Assembly (NCBI GenBank): GCA_951406725.2
Contig: OX597832.1
Span: forward strand, 61,318,001 to 61,382,000
From: Octopus vulgaris
Taxonomy: Eukaryota
Direction: 5' to 3'
DNA length: 64,000 nt
How positions within the stretch are numbered: position 1 is the first letter of the stretch; each line of letters begins with the position of its first letter. The position numbers and the translations under genes are program-made. The notes under the pieces are model-generated. The model was not told where the DNA came from. It searched no databases and saw only the letters and a program-made list of their open reading frames with translations. Shown here piece by piece: positions 27,736 through 41,818 of the stretch.

Positions 27736-28372
27736 TACATATTCATATACGCACATACATATTTATATACGCACAGGCACACACTTGTACTTCAGATATA
27801 CACATATATATCCATATATACGGACACACAGACATACACACACATTTATATACATTTACGTAGAGCGACAAAGCAGTGTAAAAGAAGTTTATTTATAAAG
27901 AAAAAAGGGCGGGAAACACGACCCGGCCCCGCACAGACCCAAACGAAAATGGATCATGCGGAATAAAATACCATAGGAAAATTATAGAAGAGAGAATAAA
28001 TGTATTTCAGAATCTCGATTGGAATAGAATGGCGGTCTGGTTTGTGATCACGTGACATTGGATATAAAATAAAATGATTATAAAGTGTGTCCAACGTTGA
28101 TGGTGGAATGAAATTAAAGTTTTAGGTTTCAGCGTGGATCTTTGAGTTATCATCAGACTTCATAAGAAATATGATATTCTATGTCTTGTCATTGGATGGA
28201 AGTACAAGAGTGAAGTGTTATGTGCGGAGAAGGAGGGAGAGAGGGAGAGAGGGAGAGAGAGAGAAAGAGAGAGAGAGGTGGAGAGAGAGACAGAGGGAGA
28301 GAGAGAAATGAAGACAGAGAGGGATATGAATAGAAGATCGGCGGATAGATAGATAGACAAATGAATAGACAG

Positions 28373-28407
<35 letters not shown>

Positions 28408-29366
28408 GAGAGAGGGAGAGAGATAAAGGGAGACATAGAGAGAGGACATAGAGATGTGTCTGAATAGAAGATGGACGGATAAATAGAGTGAGAGAGTTAG
28501 AAAGGATAAAGCTGTCATCCAGAAAGACGGAAATTATATATGCGTATGTGTATGTGTGTGTGTTTCTTCCTCTCTCTGTCTTTCTCTGTGTATGTATCTC
28601 TCTCTGTCGATATATATATATATATACATATATGTATGTATATACATGCGCACACACATATATACACACACATACGCACATATATACATGCTTATATACT
28701 TCATATTGTGGTTTTTTGTTTTTCCCAATTTTAGGTTTCTTCAAAACATAGTTCTCTATCTCTCCTTACACATGCACACAGACCCCCCCACACACACGCA
28801 CACACATACACGCAAACACACACACACACACAAACATACACACGCACAAACATACACACAAACACACACACTCAGAAACACACAAACATACACAAACACA
28901 CACACATTCACACCACACACGCACACGAACACACACACACAAACACACAGACACACAGACAAACACACATATAAACATACACACACAAACACACACACAC
29001 ACATATATATACAAACACACACACACACTCACTCACATATACATCATATATATATGCATGTATATATGTATATATATATACATACACACACACACACACG
29101 CACACACACACACACACACGCACACGAACACACACACAAACACACAGACACACACACATATAAACATACACACACAAACACACAGACACACACACATATA
29201 AACATACACACACAAACACACACACACACATATACAAACACACACACTCACTCACATATACATCATATATATATGCATGTATATATGTATATATATATAT
29301 ATACATACACACACACGCACGCACACACACACACACACACACACACAAACGCGGAACACAGGAATG

Positions 29367-29406
<40 letters not shown>

Positions 29407-29953
29407 ATGTGTGAATGCTTTCCTTGGGTTTTGTAGCAATTTTTCTTCGAATGTGTTTTTTTTTTTTTATAAAATGGACGTCGATGATTGTTATGGTTTT
29501 AATGTCGTATTCTTCCTTGAAACAGGATATTCGTGAAGTGTGTAAGGGAACACCACTACCACCGCAACCAACAGCAGTCGCAGCAATCAAACACATCAAA
29601 ACCACCACCACCACCACCACGAACAAAAACAACAACAACACCAACAACAACAACAACAACAACAATAACAACAGCAACGACACGATGAAGTTGACAGACA
29701 GAAGCCCCCGAGAAATGATCCACGATTCGTCAATTGTGTGACGTCAACAAACCGGACTATCACGTTCCAAGTCAAGTCAATATGTCATTAGAACGGCCGA
29801 TGTCTGCTGTTTAAAGCACGTTTATTACTTGCCATTTTTTTTACTACACGGTTTTATATATTTTTATATTGTCTTCCTATACTTGGACGCCATTTTGGTT
29901 CCAATACTTTGGTTTCTTGTCTTGTTCACCTATTTCTCTTTCATTTTTATGTA

Positions 29954-30018
<65 letters not shown>

Positions 30019-30038
30019 ATTATTACTATTACTATTAC

Positions 30039-30093
<55 letters not shown>

Positions 30094-31342
30094 GTTGTTA
30101 TTATTATTGTTGTTGTAGTTGTTTTTGTTGTTGTTATTTTTTGCGTTCTTTTTTTATACTTTTTGCCTGATGTGTTTGAATTCTTTTTATATATATATAT
30201 ATTTTTTCATTCATTTATGTATTCTTTCATTATACATTTCAAGGACTGTGTGAAGAAATACAGTGTGTGCAGCAGAGTGTTTATCACATTGGGCTGTGTG
30301 TGTGTATATGTGAGTGTGTGTGTGTTTAAATGTTTGTATGGCTGTGTGCGCACTTGTGCAGCTATTCCGCTCTCTGAATCGCTTCGTTGATCTACTGTTC
30401 GTTGAGTTATCTTTCATGTGTATTTCTCTGTGTAGACACCCCACACGCACACACATACATACACGCACACACGCACACACAGAAATACTCACAAACATAA
30501 ATACATACATAAACACATACACACACACTTATATGTGTGTGTTTGTCAATACATACACGCTCACAGACATATATATATATGTGTGTGTGTATGTGTGTGT
30601 GTGTGTTTGTGTGTATGTACAAAAGCATATATATTATATATATTTATTTATATATATTCATATCAACATATAGACACATACATTTACACATACCTACAGC
30701 TGCACAAACACACATATTTGTGTATATACATATACATATACATACACTCAATCAGGCACAAACACACTCATAAGTTTGTATCCATGTATGTACGTATGTG
30801 TTTATATATATCTATGAATATATGTATATATTTACACACTCTTCGGTCGGGAGAGGTGAAGCAGGATATTACATGTGTAAATTGCATGAAGAATGAAATA
30901 ATACGAGAAGAGACGAAGGCCGCAGGCTGTAAATAATATTCTTGCACAACTCTGTCATCCATGGCCCCCTGTAAGAAGCTAGTGACAACTGACTTCAACA
31001 CTTCACTTCCAAGGCCAGCAACCATGACAATAAAACTATGATGAATTTCGTGTGGAGCGACCGAGCTAAGATCGCATTTGCACATGTGACAGAATGCAAC
31101 GTGATTGGCGTGTTACGACAGACGGTTTGAAAATTGAATTTCACACATTGTTAAGGAATATATGCTTATGTATGTATATGTACGTGTGTATGCATGCAGG
31201 TTTTATTTATCACAGTGTGTGCATGTATGCGTATATTTATGCTTAAATCTCTATCTATTTACATGTATGTGTGCGTGTTTGTATATATACATTATACAGC
31301 TATATACATGCACACACACATATATATACCTATGTACATTAT

Positions 31343-31544
31343 TACCCACAAGGGGCTAAACACAGAGGGGACAAACAAGGAATTTGAACTCACAACGTAA
31401 CGGCAGACGAAATACCGCTAGGCATTTCGCCCGGCGTGCTAACGTTTCTGCCAGCTCGCCGCCTTTACTCACAACGTAACGGCAGACGAAATACCGCTAG
31501 GCATTTCGCCCGGCGTGCTAACGTTTCTGCCAGCTCGCCGCCTT
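31343..31544 (-). mobile_element. rearranged family A SINE with duplicated head and 22-bp TSD
   Basis: 79-bp head repeated exactly in tandem; TATATATACCTATGTACATTAT at 31321-31342 and 31545-31566. Confidence 0.85.
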
Positions 31545-31714
31545 TATATATACCTATGTACATTATCTATCAATCTATCTACCTATCTATCTATATATAC
31601 ATACATACATAGATACATACATACATAGATATATATATATATATATATATGCTTATATATGTTTTTATATACATACATATATATTATACACATACATACA
31701 TATATATGTATATA

Positions 31715-31793
<79 letters not shown>

Positions 31794-31873
31794 TTATATG
31801 TAAATATATATATATACACATATGTAAATATGTATATAGGTATAGATATATTCCTATGCTGACATCTGTACAT

Positions 31874-31930
<57 letters not shown>

Positions 31931-31939
31931 AGTGCAGCA

Positions 31940-32690
31940 TTAGGTTGAATGTATCTTCAGAAATGAAGATATGGGTCTAGATGTAGGTGAAATGTTTGGT
32001 AAGGAAAAGTTGAAGAGAAGAGAAAAGAAAACCTTTTGGAAATGAGAATGCAGGGCCAGTTTGAGAGAGATATACTGGATATCGGGGATAAAACAACAAA
32101 ATGAACATGGCTTAAAGAAGACGATTTGAAATCTACCACAGAAATCTTTATAATTGTTGTACACGGCCACGCTCTTGCTACCACTTCGGTAAAATATAAC
32201 ATCTACGAAACTTCTGATACACAGAAATGCAGACTGTCAAAAGAACGAGGGAAAATTTAACCCACTTGGTAAGTGGATGTAAGGAGCCTTGCGCTAAAAG
32301 AAATTAAGAGCCACCGTGTTAAGCCCTGTTTGTAATTTCATTGGCTTTTATATTGTAAATACCAATACGGAGTAACAAGGAATTGGTATGAGCATGTGCC
32401 TAGTAAAGTAATGCAGGATGATGGGAGAAAAATGATATTCCAGTTTTGGGGTTTTCTGACTGATAAATTTATTGAGCTGACTGGACATTGTCGTATTGAA
32501 CACGTAAGACTTTCAGATAATTGACGTAGCAAATGGCGTGAATATTACGAGTAAAGAAGTTGAAAAAAATCACCAAGTCCTCCAAATAGAAATGGTGAAA
32601 GTGTTTGAAATGCGAGAGGGAATGTAAAAGTGATGACAGTCATAATAGTGTTATTAGGGTCAGTCCCTTTGAAACTTAAAGCGGTTGGGA
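31940..32690 (+). mobile_element. decayed R4/Dong-like LINE C-terminal fragment
   Basis: Broken frames with WLKEDDLKSTTESL, KCRL..., THLVSGC, HWLLYCKY, WYEHVPSKV, similar to ORF 56030-56845. Confidence 0.75.
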
Positions 32691-32734
32691 ATGCCGGTGC
32701 ATTTTCCCTTTACACTGAGTTATAATAATATTAA

Positions 32735-33430
32735 TGGTTTCAAATTTAGCCACAAGAACAGCCATATTGGGTGAGGGGATAAGCTGATTGTGTCGACCCC
32801 AGTGCTTCACTGGTACTTAATTTATCGACCCGAAGATATGAAAGGCAAAGTCGACCTCGGCGGATTTTGAACTCAGAACGGAGTGACAGGTAAAATGCCG
32901 CTACGTATTTCGTCCAGCATGCTAGCGATTCTGCCAGCTGACCGCCTTAACAACAACAGTCACAAGAACAACAATCCTTTCTACTGGAAGCACAAGGCAT
33001 CAAATTGTGAGGGAAGAAAGTAAGTCGATTACATCGACCCCAGTACATAACTGGTGCTAATTTTATCGACCCCGAAAGGATGAAAGGCAAAGTCTACCTC
33101 GGCGGAATTCGAACTTAAACCCTAACGACAGACAAAATACCTGTTTCTTTACTACCTACAAGGGGCTAAACACAGAGAGGACAAAAAAGGACAGACAAAC
33201 GGATTAAGTCGATTATATCGACCCCAGTGCGTAACTGGTACTTAATTTATCGACCCCGAAAGGATGAATGGCAAAGTCGACCTCGGCGGAATTTGAACTC
33301 AGAACATGGCGGCAGACGAAATACGGCTACGCATTTCGCCCTGCCTGCTAACGTTTCTGTCAGCTCGCCGCCTTTAATACCGTTAAGGATTTCTCCCGGC
33401 GTGCTAAAGATACTGCCAGGTCACCGGCTT
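32735..33430 (-). mobile_element. cluster of three family A SINEs
   Basis: Repeated GGCAAAGTCGACCTCGGCGGA core. Confidence 0.85.
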
Positions 33431-33498
33431 AACAACAACAAGAACAACAACAACAACAACAACACCACCACCACCAGACCACCACCACCACCACCACC

Positions 33499-33530
<32 letters not shown>

Positions 33531-33589
33531 CAACAGCAGCAGCAACAACAACAACAACAACACCAATGGATTATTTAAAGCACTTTTTA

Positions 33590-34372
33590 AAAAAATGAGA
33601 AACAACTACAGGGCTTACTGGCGATTGTTAAACAATTCAGTGATGGCATCAAGATGCAATTTGGCCTCGATAAATGTGCAAAAGCTACCTTTATCAAAGG
33701 AAAAATAACACAAACATCCAACGTTAATCTTGACCAGCAGTTTGTGATAAAGGAGTTAGAACCAGCGGAGAGCTACAAATACCTAGGGGCATTTGAAGAT
33801 GATCAGAAGAGGATGTTAACGCAGGGTAAGAGCAATGCTCAAGACAGAGGTGAATGCAAGAAAGAGGATGACTTACAGTTTCAATATCATTAACTGGTCA
33901 ACTATGGAATATGTAATCTTGACAGAAAAATACGAAAATTGTTCACAATGCATAGAATTCACCACACTATGGTAGATATAGAACGACTTTTACAACTGGA
34001 ATTAACAATGAAGATTACCATTATTGGCCTAAACACTTACCTGAAAAACTCTGATGACCGGATGTTTTTACTAATGTCAATGCATGAAAACAAGAAAGCA
34101 TTATACTCAGTAACAATGATATGAGTGTCCTAATCGACATAAATGTATCTGTCAAGACCTGCCAAAAACTGAGCAAGTATAAAGATCTTGAAATAGAAAT
34201 TAGCAAAATGTGGAACTTGAACACTAAAACGATACCTGTTATCATAGGTGGCCTTAGAAATGATAGCAAAAGGGGTTGATTCCTACCTAGCTCAAGTACC
34301 ACGAAACCCCAAAATGGCAGAAATTCAAAAGATAATGCTCATGAGAACTGCCCATATCCTACGTAAAATACT
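33590..34372 (+). mobile_element. decayed R4/Dong-like LINE (RT end plus endonuclease end, internally deleted)
   Basis: MQFGLDKCAKATFIKGK, YKYLG, KLSKYKDLEIEISKMWNL, EIQKIMLMRTAHILRKIL. Confidence 0.85.
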
Positions 34373-34891
34373 CATGGTTTCTCATCTTAACTGATTGGAA
34401 GTGTTATCAAACATGTACTTGTTTTGTCTTGGTATAAAAGATGAACTACAGCAAATATTCTGCTCAATACCACAGATTTTCTTGTCAGTTACTTAACCTT
34501 AACCAGTTGAGCATTTCTCCCTTAGTGGGTGACGATATGTGCATCTCTGATCACGAGCAGAACTAGTGGGGGAGCATCATAGCCATGTGTTGAGTGGAAT
34601 TCTTTGGGGGCTTGGATAATTCACCAGTGGAAGCATGACTGTCTCTTTCAACATCCTTAATTCAGGGACGTTTTGAGCAGGATGGGCTACTCGACCAAAA
34701 ATATTCTTACTGGGCCCCACATACAAGGGTATCTGCAGTTTATCTTGATATGAGATCACCATGCCATGCACATATGGTTGTGATGCATGTGCCTGGTGTA
34801 CCCTTATCAGACAGGTAGCCATGATGGGTATACTGGGCTTCGTATATTTGTGCCCCAGTTCCACTTTGATGACATGCGCTACTCTCTCACT
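34371..34891 (+). mobile_element. older copy of the (TAA)n-tailed non-coding retroelement
   Basis: Diverged reverse complement of 48299-48837, followed by (TAA)n. Confidence 0.8.
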
Positions 34892-34893
34892 AC

Positions 34894-34977
<84 letters not shown>

Positions 34978-34989
34978 GTGATGATAATG

Positions 34990-35022
<33 letters not shown>

Positions 35023-35034
35023 GTGATGATAATG

Positions 35035-35133
<99 letters not shown>

Positions 35134-36659
35134 TCTTACATCTCAAATTTTCTTCCAGTAATTTGTCTGTTCGTCCCCCTCCCCTTAAAAACACAGTAAA
35201 ACCATTCGTATTTGCTTATTAACGTGAGTTTGGTTGGGAACCCCTTCCCCACAAACTCCCTGAGTTTTAAACCTCGGTGGCACTTGAACTCAGAAAATGA
35301 AGATCCCGAAAAAGTACCGGAAGACACTTTGGCGGACGCACTAAAGATTCTTCCAGTTCACCACCATGTTGAATAACAATGATTTTCAGCATACGAAGAG
35401 GCTTCGTTATGCATTTGGAAATTTTACTCCACAGACATACCGTGTGGTTTCAGGCCGGTGCAACTGATTGGCACCTTAGCAAAATGTCTTCTATCTTCTC
35501 TAGCACCGAACCAAATGAATCCGGAAAGATAGAAACTTTAAGACGCTTGCCATGCGTAGAATGCATTCTTTTTAGAACCCACAATGGCGTTCTTGGCGAA
35601 GAATGGTGAGATTTTTCTCTCTCCTCCGTAAACTTCAGTGAAATAGCCATTTTAATTTCAAATATGACCCAAACATATTTGAACTATAATTCTTTATATA
35701 TTTGTGTACAATATTTGGTTATCTTAACACTATCACACAGACACACACACATACATACACAGAGGAGCACACTCTGTCTTACAAACACACACACACAAGC
35801 ACTTTCACACACAAACGCAGATAACCGCCCACTAGCATTAACATACATACACACACATATTCATAGTCACACACAGAAGCACACACTCTTCACGCCCCTC
35901 CCCCCTCACACACACATTGGTCATTATCAGGTAGATTTCATATTAATTTGCTTCTGCTAATTGTACAGACCGAAAGGAAAAAAAACAGAAAGCAAACGTA
36001 AAACAGAACATGAAATCAAAGAAAAACAACAAGTAAAAACAAAAAAAATATCAATAAAGACAGAAAGCAGAATATGGGTACATCACAACAGCAACAACAA
36101 CAACAACAAAAACGAGGATGTCATTATCTTTGCTTTCGTAGACTGAAGTACAAGTGAAACATCACGGGTTCGCATGTCAGTCACACTACCGTATAATATA
36201 GTAGCACACCGTATTCTCGAACAATCCACTGCAATACGCAATCACCGTCCTCATCATCCCTCATAACCCAACCCATCCTAACCACACACACACACACACA
36301 CACACGTTTCTTCTAATACGTGGACAGCTGGATGAACGATTGCAAAAGCAGAAAGGATATCGAGTGTCAATTGTTTGATATATTGACTGAATCGACGGCA
36401 GTTTGATGAGAAGGTGGTATCATTTCTTGCAAGCAATTTCCACGCGTATTTCTAGTTTGACTGCGACGGGGGATTCTCGATGAGTGTTTATCGAGAGTTT
36501 ATGGTTTCAAGATCAGATCTGTTAAATCTAAGAAATAAAAGGAGATTAAACAAACAAATAAGAGGAGAAAAAGCGAAAAACAAATTGTGATGGAGGTGGT
36601 GGTGGGGATAGGTGGTTGGGTGGTTGGGTGGTAAATCTCTGACAGGCACAATATTTCAA

Positions 36660-36815
36660 TGAGAGGATTGAAAGGCGGGAAGCGGAGAGCGGGGTGGGGT
36701 GGGGGCTTTATAGGGCTCCCGCCGAACAAGTAAATATATCAGGGATCAACAATATTTCATACACTCTGCCTACATCGCCTGATCACGTTTAATTAAAAGA
36801 ACTATTTACATTGGC
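36660..36815 (-). promoter_or_regulatory. candidate Pol II core promoter
   Basis: Minus strand CCAAT (36810-36814), GGCGGG (36718-36723), TATAAA (36707-36712) in a unique GC-richer island; motifs only. Confidence 0.3.
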
Positions 36816-37239
36816 TGCAGGAATGCAATGCGATCATGTATCATTCGACACACACACACAATTGCATGCTCGCGCGCGAAATACACTCAGCAGACACCGT
36901 CGCCACCACCACCACCATCACCGCCGCTCTTCTACCTCTGTGTGTGTGTGTACGAGCGTATGGGTCTGTATATGTGCGTAAATGTGCCCTTCTGTGAGTA
37001 TATTTCTAAGAGTGCCTGTGTAGGTATATGCATATATATGCGCGCGTATGCGTTAATGTATATATGTATGTGCGGGCGGCGCGTATGTAAGTGTGAATGC
37101 ATATATATCTATGTATACTTGTGTGCGCTTGTGTGAATGAATGCTTACACATATATAATACAATAGGATATAATACACACGCACATACGCATACATATAG
37201 ATATGCATACATTCACACAAATATGTAGATATTCTTTTA

Positions 37240-37620
37240 TTCTTTTATTTGTTTATTTGTTTCAGTCATTTGACTGCGGCCATGCTGGAGCACTGCTTTT
37301 AGTCGAATAAGTCCACCTCAGGACATATTTTTGTAAGCCTAGTACTTATTCTATTGGTCACTTTTGCCGAACCGCTAAGTTACGGGGACGTAAACACACC
37401 AGCATTGCCTGTCAAACGATGATGGAGAGACAAACACAGACACACAAATATATACATAGACATATATATATGCGACAGGCTTCTTTTAGTTTCCGTCGAC
37501 CAAATCTACTTACAAGGTTTTGTTCGGCCCGTGGCTATGATAGAATACATATTCCCAAGGTACCACGCAGTGGGACTGAACTCGGAACCATGTAGTTGGG
37601 AAAAAAAGCTACTTACCACA
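37240..37620 (-). mobile_element. SINE family B
   Basis: Homologous to 25518-25905. Confidence 0.85.
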
Positions 37621-37969
37621 AATAATTTTAAAATCTCACTTTAATTTCTTATAATACAGAATGATGCAATAGCTCCGGTGTGCATGTGTGAAGAGGGGCA
37701 ATTCTTTTTCTCAGAGAGAGGGAGAGAGAGAGAGAGAGGTTGGAGCACCATTATTGGCAGCCAATTCTTTGGACTGCTCCTAGTGTTTTGGTCCATTATC
37801 TGCGTTGCAATAAACTAATGATTGTGAGCGCCTCGGGGCTGCATAACAATACTAACAACACCAAAATAGTAACCGCTTCTCTTATTGCTCTCGATCTATT
37901 CGTGTAGGGCTGCCCTGGGACTTCATAACTACAACAATCGAGAACATGCTTACAAAATAGGTAATTTAT

Positions 37970-38298
37970 GCATTGGCACTCCGTCGGTTACGACGACGAG
38001 TGTTCCAGCTGATCCGATCCACGTAACAGTCAGCTCGTGAAATTAACGTGCATGCGGCTGAGCACTCTATAGACAAGCGTACCCTTAATGTAACTCTCGG
38101 AGAGATTCAGCGTAACACAAAATGTGACAAGGCTGGCCATTTTGTATTGCAGGTACCACTCATTTTTATCAGCTGAATGGACTCTGGAGCAACATCAAAT
38201 AAAGTGTCTTGTTCAAGGACACAACACGTCGACGGGAATCGAATTCACGACCTTGCGATTGTGAACTGAATACGCTCACCACTAAGCCACGCGCTTTC
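37970..38298 (-). mobile_element. SINE family C, near full length
   Basis: Reverse complement GCGCGTGGCTTAGTGG...GAATTCGATTCCC...GTGTCCTTGAACAAGACAC. Confidence 0.85.
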
Positions 38299-38519
38299 TA
38301 TCCGATACAATAGCAAATTCATTTGAAATGTTGATAGACGAACCTAGGGGAGGGTCCTCTCTGGGTTGTCTTCAAGTACACGAAACCTAACATCTAAATC
38401 TACCCCCAGCATCATGGAGACTGAAACATGAAAATCCCCTCTTCGGGAACTGAATATATTGAGATGAATGTTTATGCTATTTTTAAATGTTATTTGCACA
38501 GCTTATCGAAAGATGATAA

Positions 38520-38720
38520 GGCTAAGAAATTTTAGAAGTGGAGGTAGGTCGATTACATCGACTCCAGTACTTGACTGGTACTTTATTTCATCGTCCCCGA
38601 ATAGATGAAAGGTAAAGCCGACCGCGGTAGAATTTGAACTAAAAATGTAAAGAATCAAAAGAAATGTCACCGCTAACCGTTTTGTTCGACACGCTGACGA
38701 TTCTGCCTTGTTGCCGCCTT
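38520..38720 (-). mobile_element. degraded SINE family A
   Basis: GTCGATTACATCGACTCCAGT...GAATTTGAACT. Confidence 0.7.
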
Positions 38721-39704
38721 TTGTCGAATAATCAGCATGAAAATATACAAATGAAATATTGAAAATTACTACGTGAAATATTGGTTAAAAAATTTAAACA
38801 TATAGTGAGATTTTAAAATAGTTGTTGATATTCAAATGCTGAAGAAATCGCAAAGTTCTTTTATGACGTCGTATTTAGTATTATGACGTCATCACACTGA
38901 AGTAGTTTTCAGAATTTCGTTATTCTTATTTCCATATCTTCAATGTTTACTTGATATCAACAATAATTCTATAGATTCTCGCCTTCATCCGATGAAGATT
39001 CGTCGATTTTTATAGAGACAACAGTTAAGTCTTACTCCTAAAAACAGCATAAATTTGCCTTCACACACAAGTACCATTATAGAGTCACATGGCGTTATCA
39101 GGCATAATTATATGCAAAGACATCTTTATACATCCATTCATTCCTAGAATTAATTTCTCTTCTCTATTATTATGTTCTAATTCCCAATTATTGTACAAAT
39201 AATACTGTTTATTCAATAACCAAATCCTGCCGCTGCATTCTTAGCTTTTCTCTATAGAAGAACTGATTTCAAGAATGAGATTGTAGTTTTCTGGATTGAT
39301 TTAGTCTTACAACATTGCAGATAAAGGGTGTGGTCACGTTAGCCTATCACAAGGAATGATTTCATGAGGAACGTTGGTGCCATAGATTTTAAGTTTATTT
39401 TTATCCGTTTCCTTGATAATACAGTTTTGCTTTATTCTTTATTTTATTTTTGCTGATTTTTCAAAATATTTCATTTGGCTTTATTAAGATGAATTTTTTC
39501 TTCTTTTTTTTCACTTTTTGAAAATTTTCAACAAAATTTCTGTTTGTGCATTTCTGAAAAAAGTATCCTTATAAATTTATTTCGGTTCAAATTTTTACTG
39601 CCGTTTTATAAATATTCTCCAACCTCTTCTTATTTCTATTTTATTTCTATAACTGTATCGCCATTTTGATTTATACGATCACCTCCAGCCAAACATGATT
39701 TTGT

Positions 39705-40185
39705 TATTTGTTGGGTTATCAGATAAATTCGTTTTTTATTCAAGATTTTTTTAATCCATATTTTTCATCAACAAATTTAATAAATCAGTCAATAATATAT
39801 TCTTCCTCATTGTTCAGGATTTCTTGCCAACGTTCCACTAGATTGCGAATCTCTAACGGTTTAAAAATCACAATTCTTGACTCGAAGAATTAATTCTTCG
39901 AGACACCTTTCCAGCTCTACGATGTTGTTGAACGAAACACCTAGCATATTGTTGGTGGGCGACTATATTTGGAGAATGTAGTTAGTGCGATAGAATATCT
40001 CAAAGGAGTACTTGAATAGCATTTTTAGATAAACAAGTGACGGGTAGCGAGTGGTGCCAAGTTGACGGAATACAGTGTGCCGCGCTGAAGAAACACGCCG
40101 CGTCGCCACTGAAATCCTTGTTGAGTCGGTGCAGTGGTTGTTTTGCAAGAATGTGGTTGTCGATTATATCTTCCCACTTCAATCA
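39705..40185 (-). mobile_element. mariner transposase 3' relic with probable TIR
   Basis: Hand translation EIRNLVERWQEILNNEEEYIID*, with decayed QPLHRLN, RRGVFLQ and SH.LHSPN (HPPYSPD-like) upstream; TTGGGTTATCAGATAAATTCG resembles a mariner terminus. Confidence 0.75.
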
Positions 40186-40447
40186 GATGCAGATTTTCAG
40201 GTATGTGTCTTCCGTGGATGCTTACCTGAAAATATTCGTACGTGTTATATGTGTGCGTATGTATGTGCATGTGTATGTGTGTAACTATCTATGAATCTCT
40301 TCTACTTTTTAATTATTATAAATGTTCTACTGAGGAGAGAGCCAGTTTCCAACAAAGATACAAGGCTCCATCTTTGGAATGTAGTTAACACAAATTCACA
40401 TTTGGAACTTGAGAAAAGTCTTGCATCTTTTTACTGTTCCACTCACA

Positions 40448-40507
<60 letters not shown>

Positions 40508-40579
40508 GATTGATTGATTGATTGATTCTAGTTTCAGCTCATGAGCTGTGGCCATGCTGGTGCACCGCCATTTTATATA

Positions 40580-40871
40580 TAAAAGAATTCAAAAAATGGG
40601 ACAAGAACGCAACAGGCGACAACAAAGCATCCAGATAATTGGATGATACAAAAAGGAACATGGAAAAACGAGGGCGGGTCATTCGGAGTTTTCTTTCGTC
40701 AGTCGAGATCCGGATTATCCTTGCAGTTTCGGCTGGTTATACACGAGACTGCTCCAATCTGGCCAGCCCCACGGAAAATCGAAACTAAGAGCACTACATT
40801 CCTTGGAAGAAAGCAGCGAATGTGTACGAAAACCAGGACGGAAAAAACGAAGAAATGGTACACTAATACGA

Positions 40872-40875
<4 letters not shown>
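40580..40875. repeat. interspersed repeat-like segment between (TA)n tracts, unclassified
   Basis: Bounded by TA microsatellites; similar in style to 45105-45280; family not established. Confidence 0.35.
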
Positions 40876-40922
<47 letters not shown>

Positions 40923-41512
40923 GCAGCCGACCCATGGAAATGGACCTTTATTTCTGATGAAAACGAGCATGAAAGGACTCTTATACTGATCTCGCTTTCA
41001 CACCCGCGTATGTATATATAATTATATACCCACGTTTCCACTAGAAATACATGATCTATGTCTTGAGGCATGCTATATAAAATATGTATGTATATTTTAA
41101 TGAGTAAATCGCTTGATTTATTTTCTACATGCCATTTGTATAAACAAATTTCTCTATATTTATAAGTATATGCAAATGTGTGAGCGTGCGTGTGTATATG
41201 TGTATGTGTGAGTCTGTGCGCGTGTTCATGTGTGTGCTTGTGTGTACGGACATACAGCGAGGGGATTTCAGTAAACAGTTGCTCGTTAGAATGGCAGGAT
41301 GCGTCATTTCATGCATACATGCATCGAATTAGTATCTTTATATCATGCATACATGCATTAATATATCTATCGATCTATCTGTCAATGTGGTGTGTGGGTG
41401 TGGGGAGAGAAGCGTTCGCGTGTGCGCGTGTATTATCTGCCTCTCTATCTTTATTATTAATTTGAGCATCAATGGTTGTATGCATTAATACATGTATGTG
41501 CGTATGTACTTG

Positions 41513-41573
<61 letters not shown>

Positions 41574-41604
41574 ATATATATATGTATATATATGCATATG
41601 CATG

Positions 41605-41642
<38 letters not shown>

Positions 41643-41733
41643 TATATTTGTATACATACGCACATACACACACATATATATTAAAATATGTGTGTGTTTG
41701 TGGATGTACAGATGCGCATATATATACATATAT

Positions 41734-41818
<85 letters not shown>

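Noticed and set aside
28115-28165. CUGAUGA...GAAA on the minus strand
   Set aside because: Helices II and III do not pair
31038-31100. C/D box snoRNA (ATGATGA)
   Set aside because: No D box CTGA or terminal stem at a suitable distance
40330-40372. CUGAGGA followed by a GAGCC/GGCUC stem
   Set aside because: Followed by CAUC, not GAAA
40680-40735. GAAAC...CUGACGA motifs on the minus strand
   Set aside because: No consistent set of three helices
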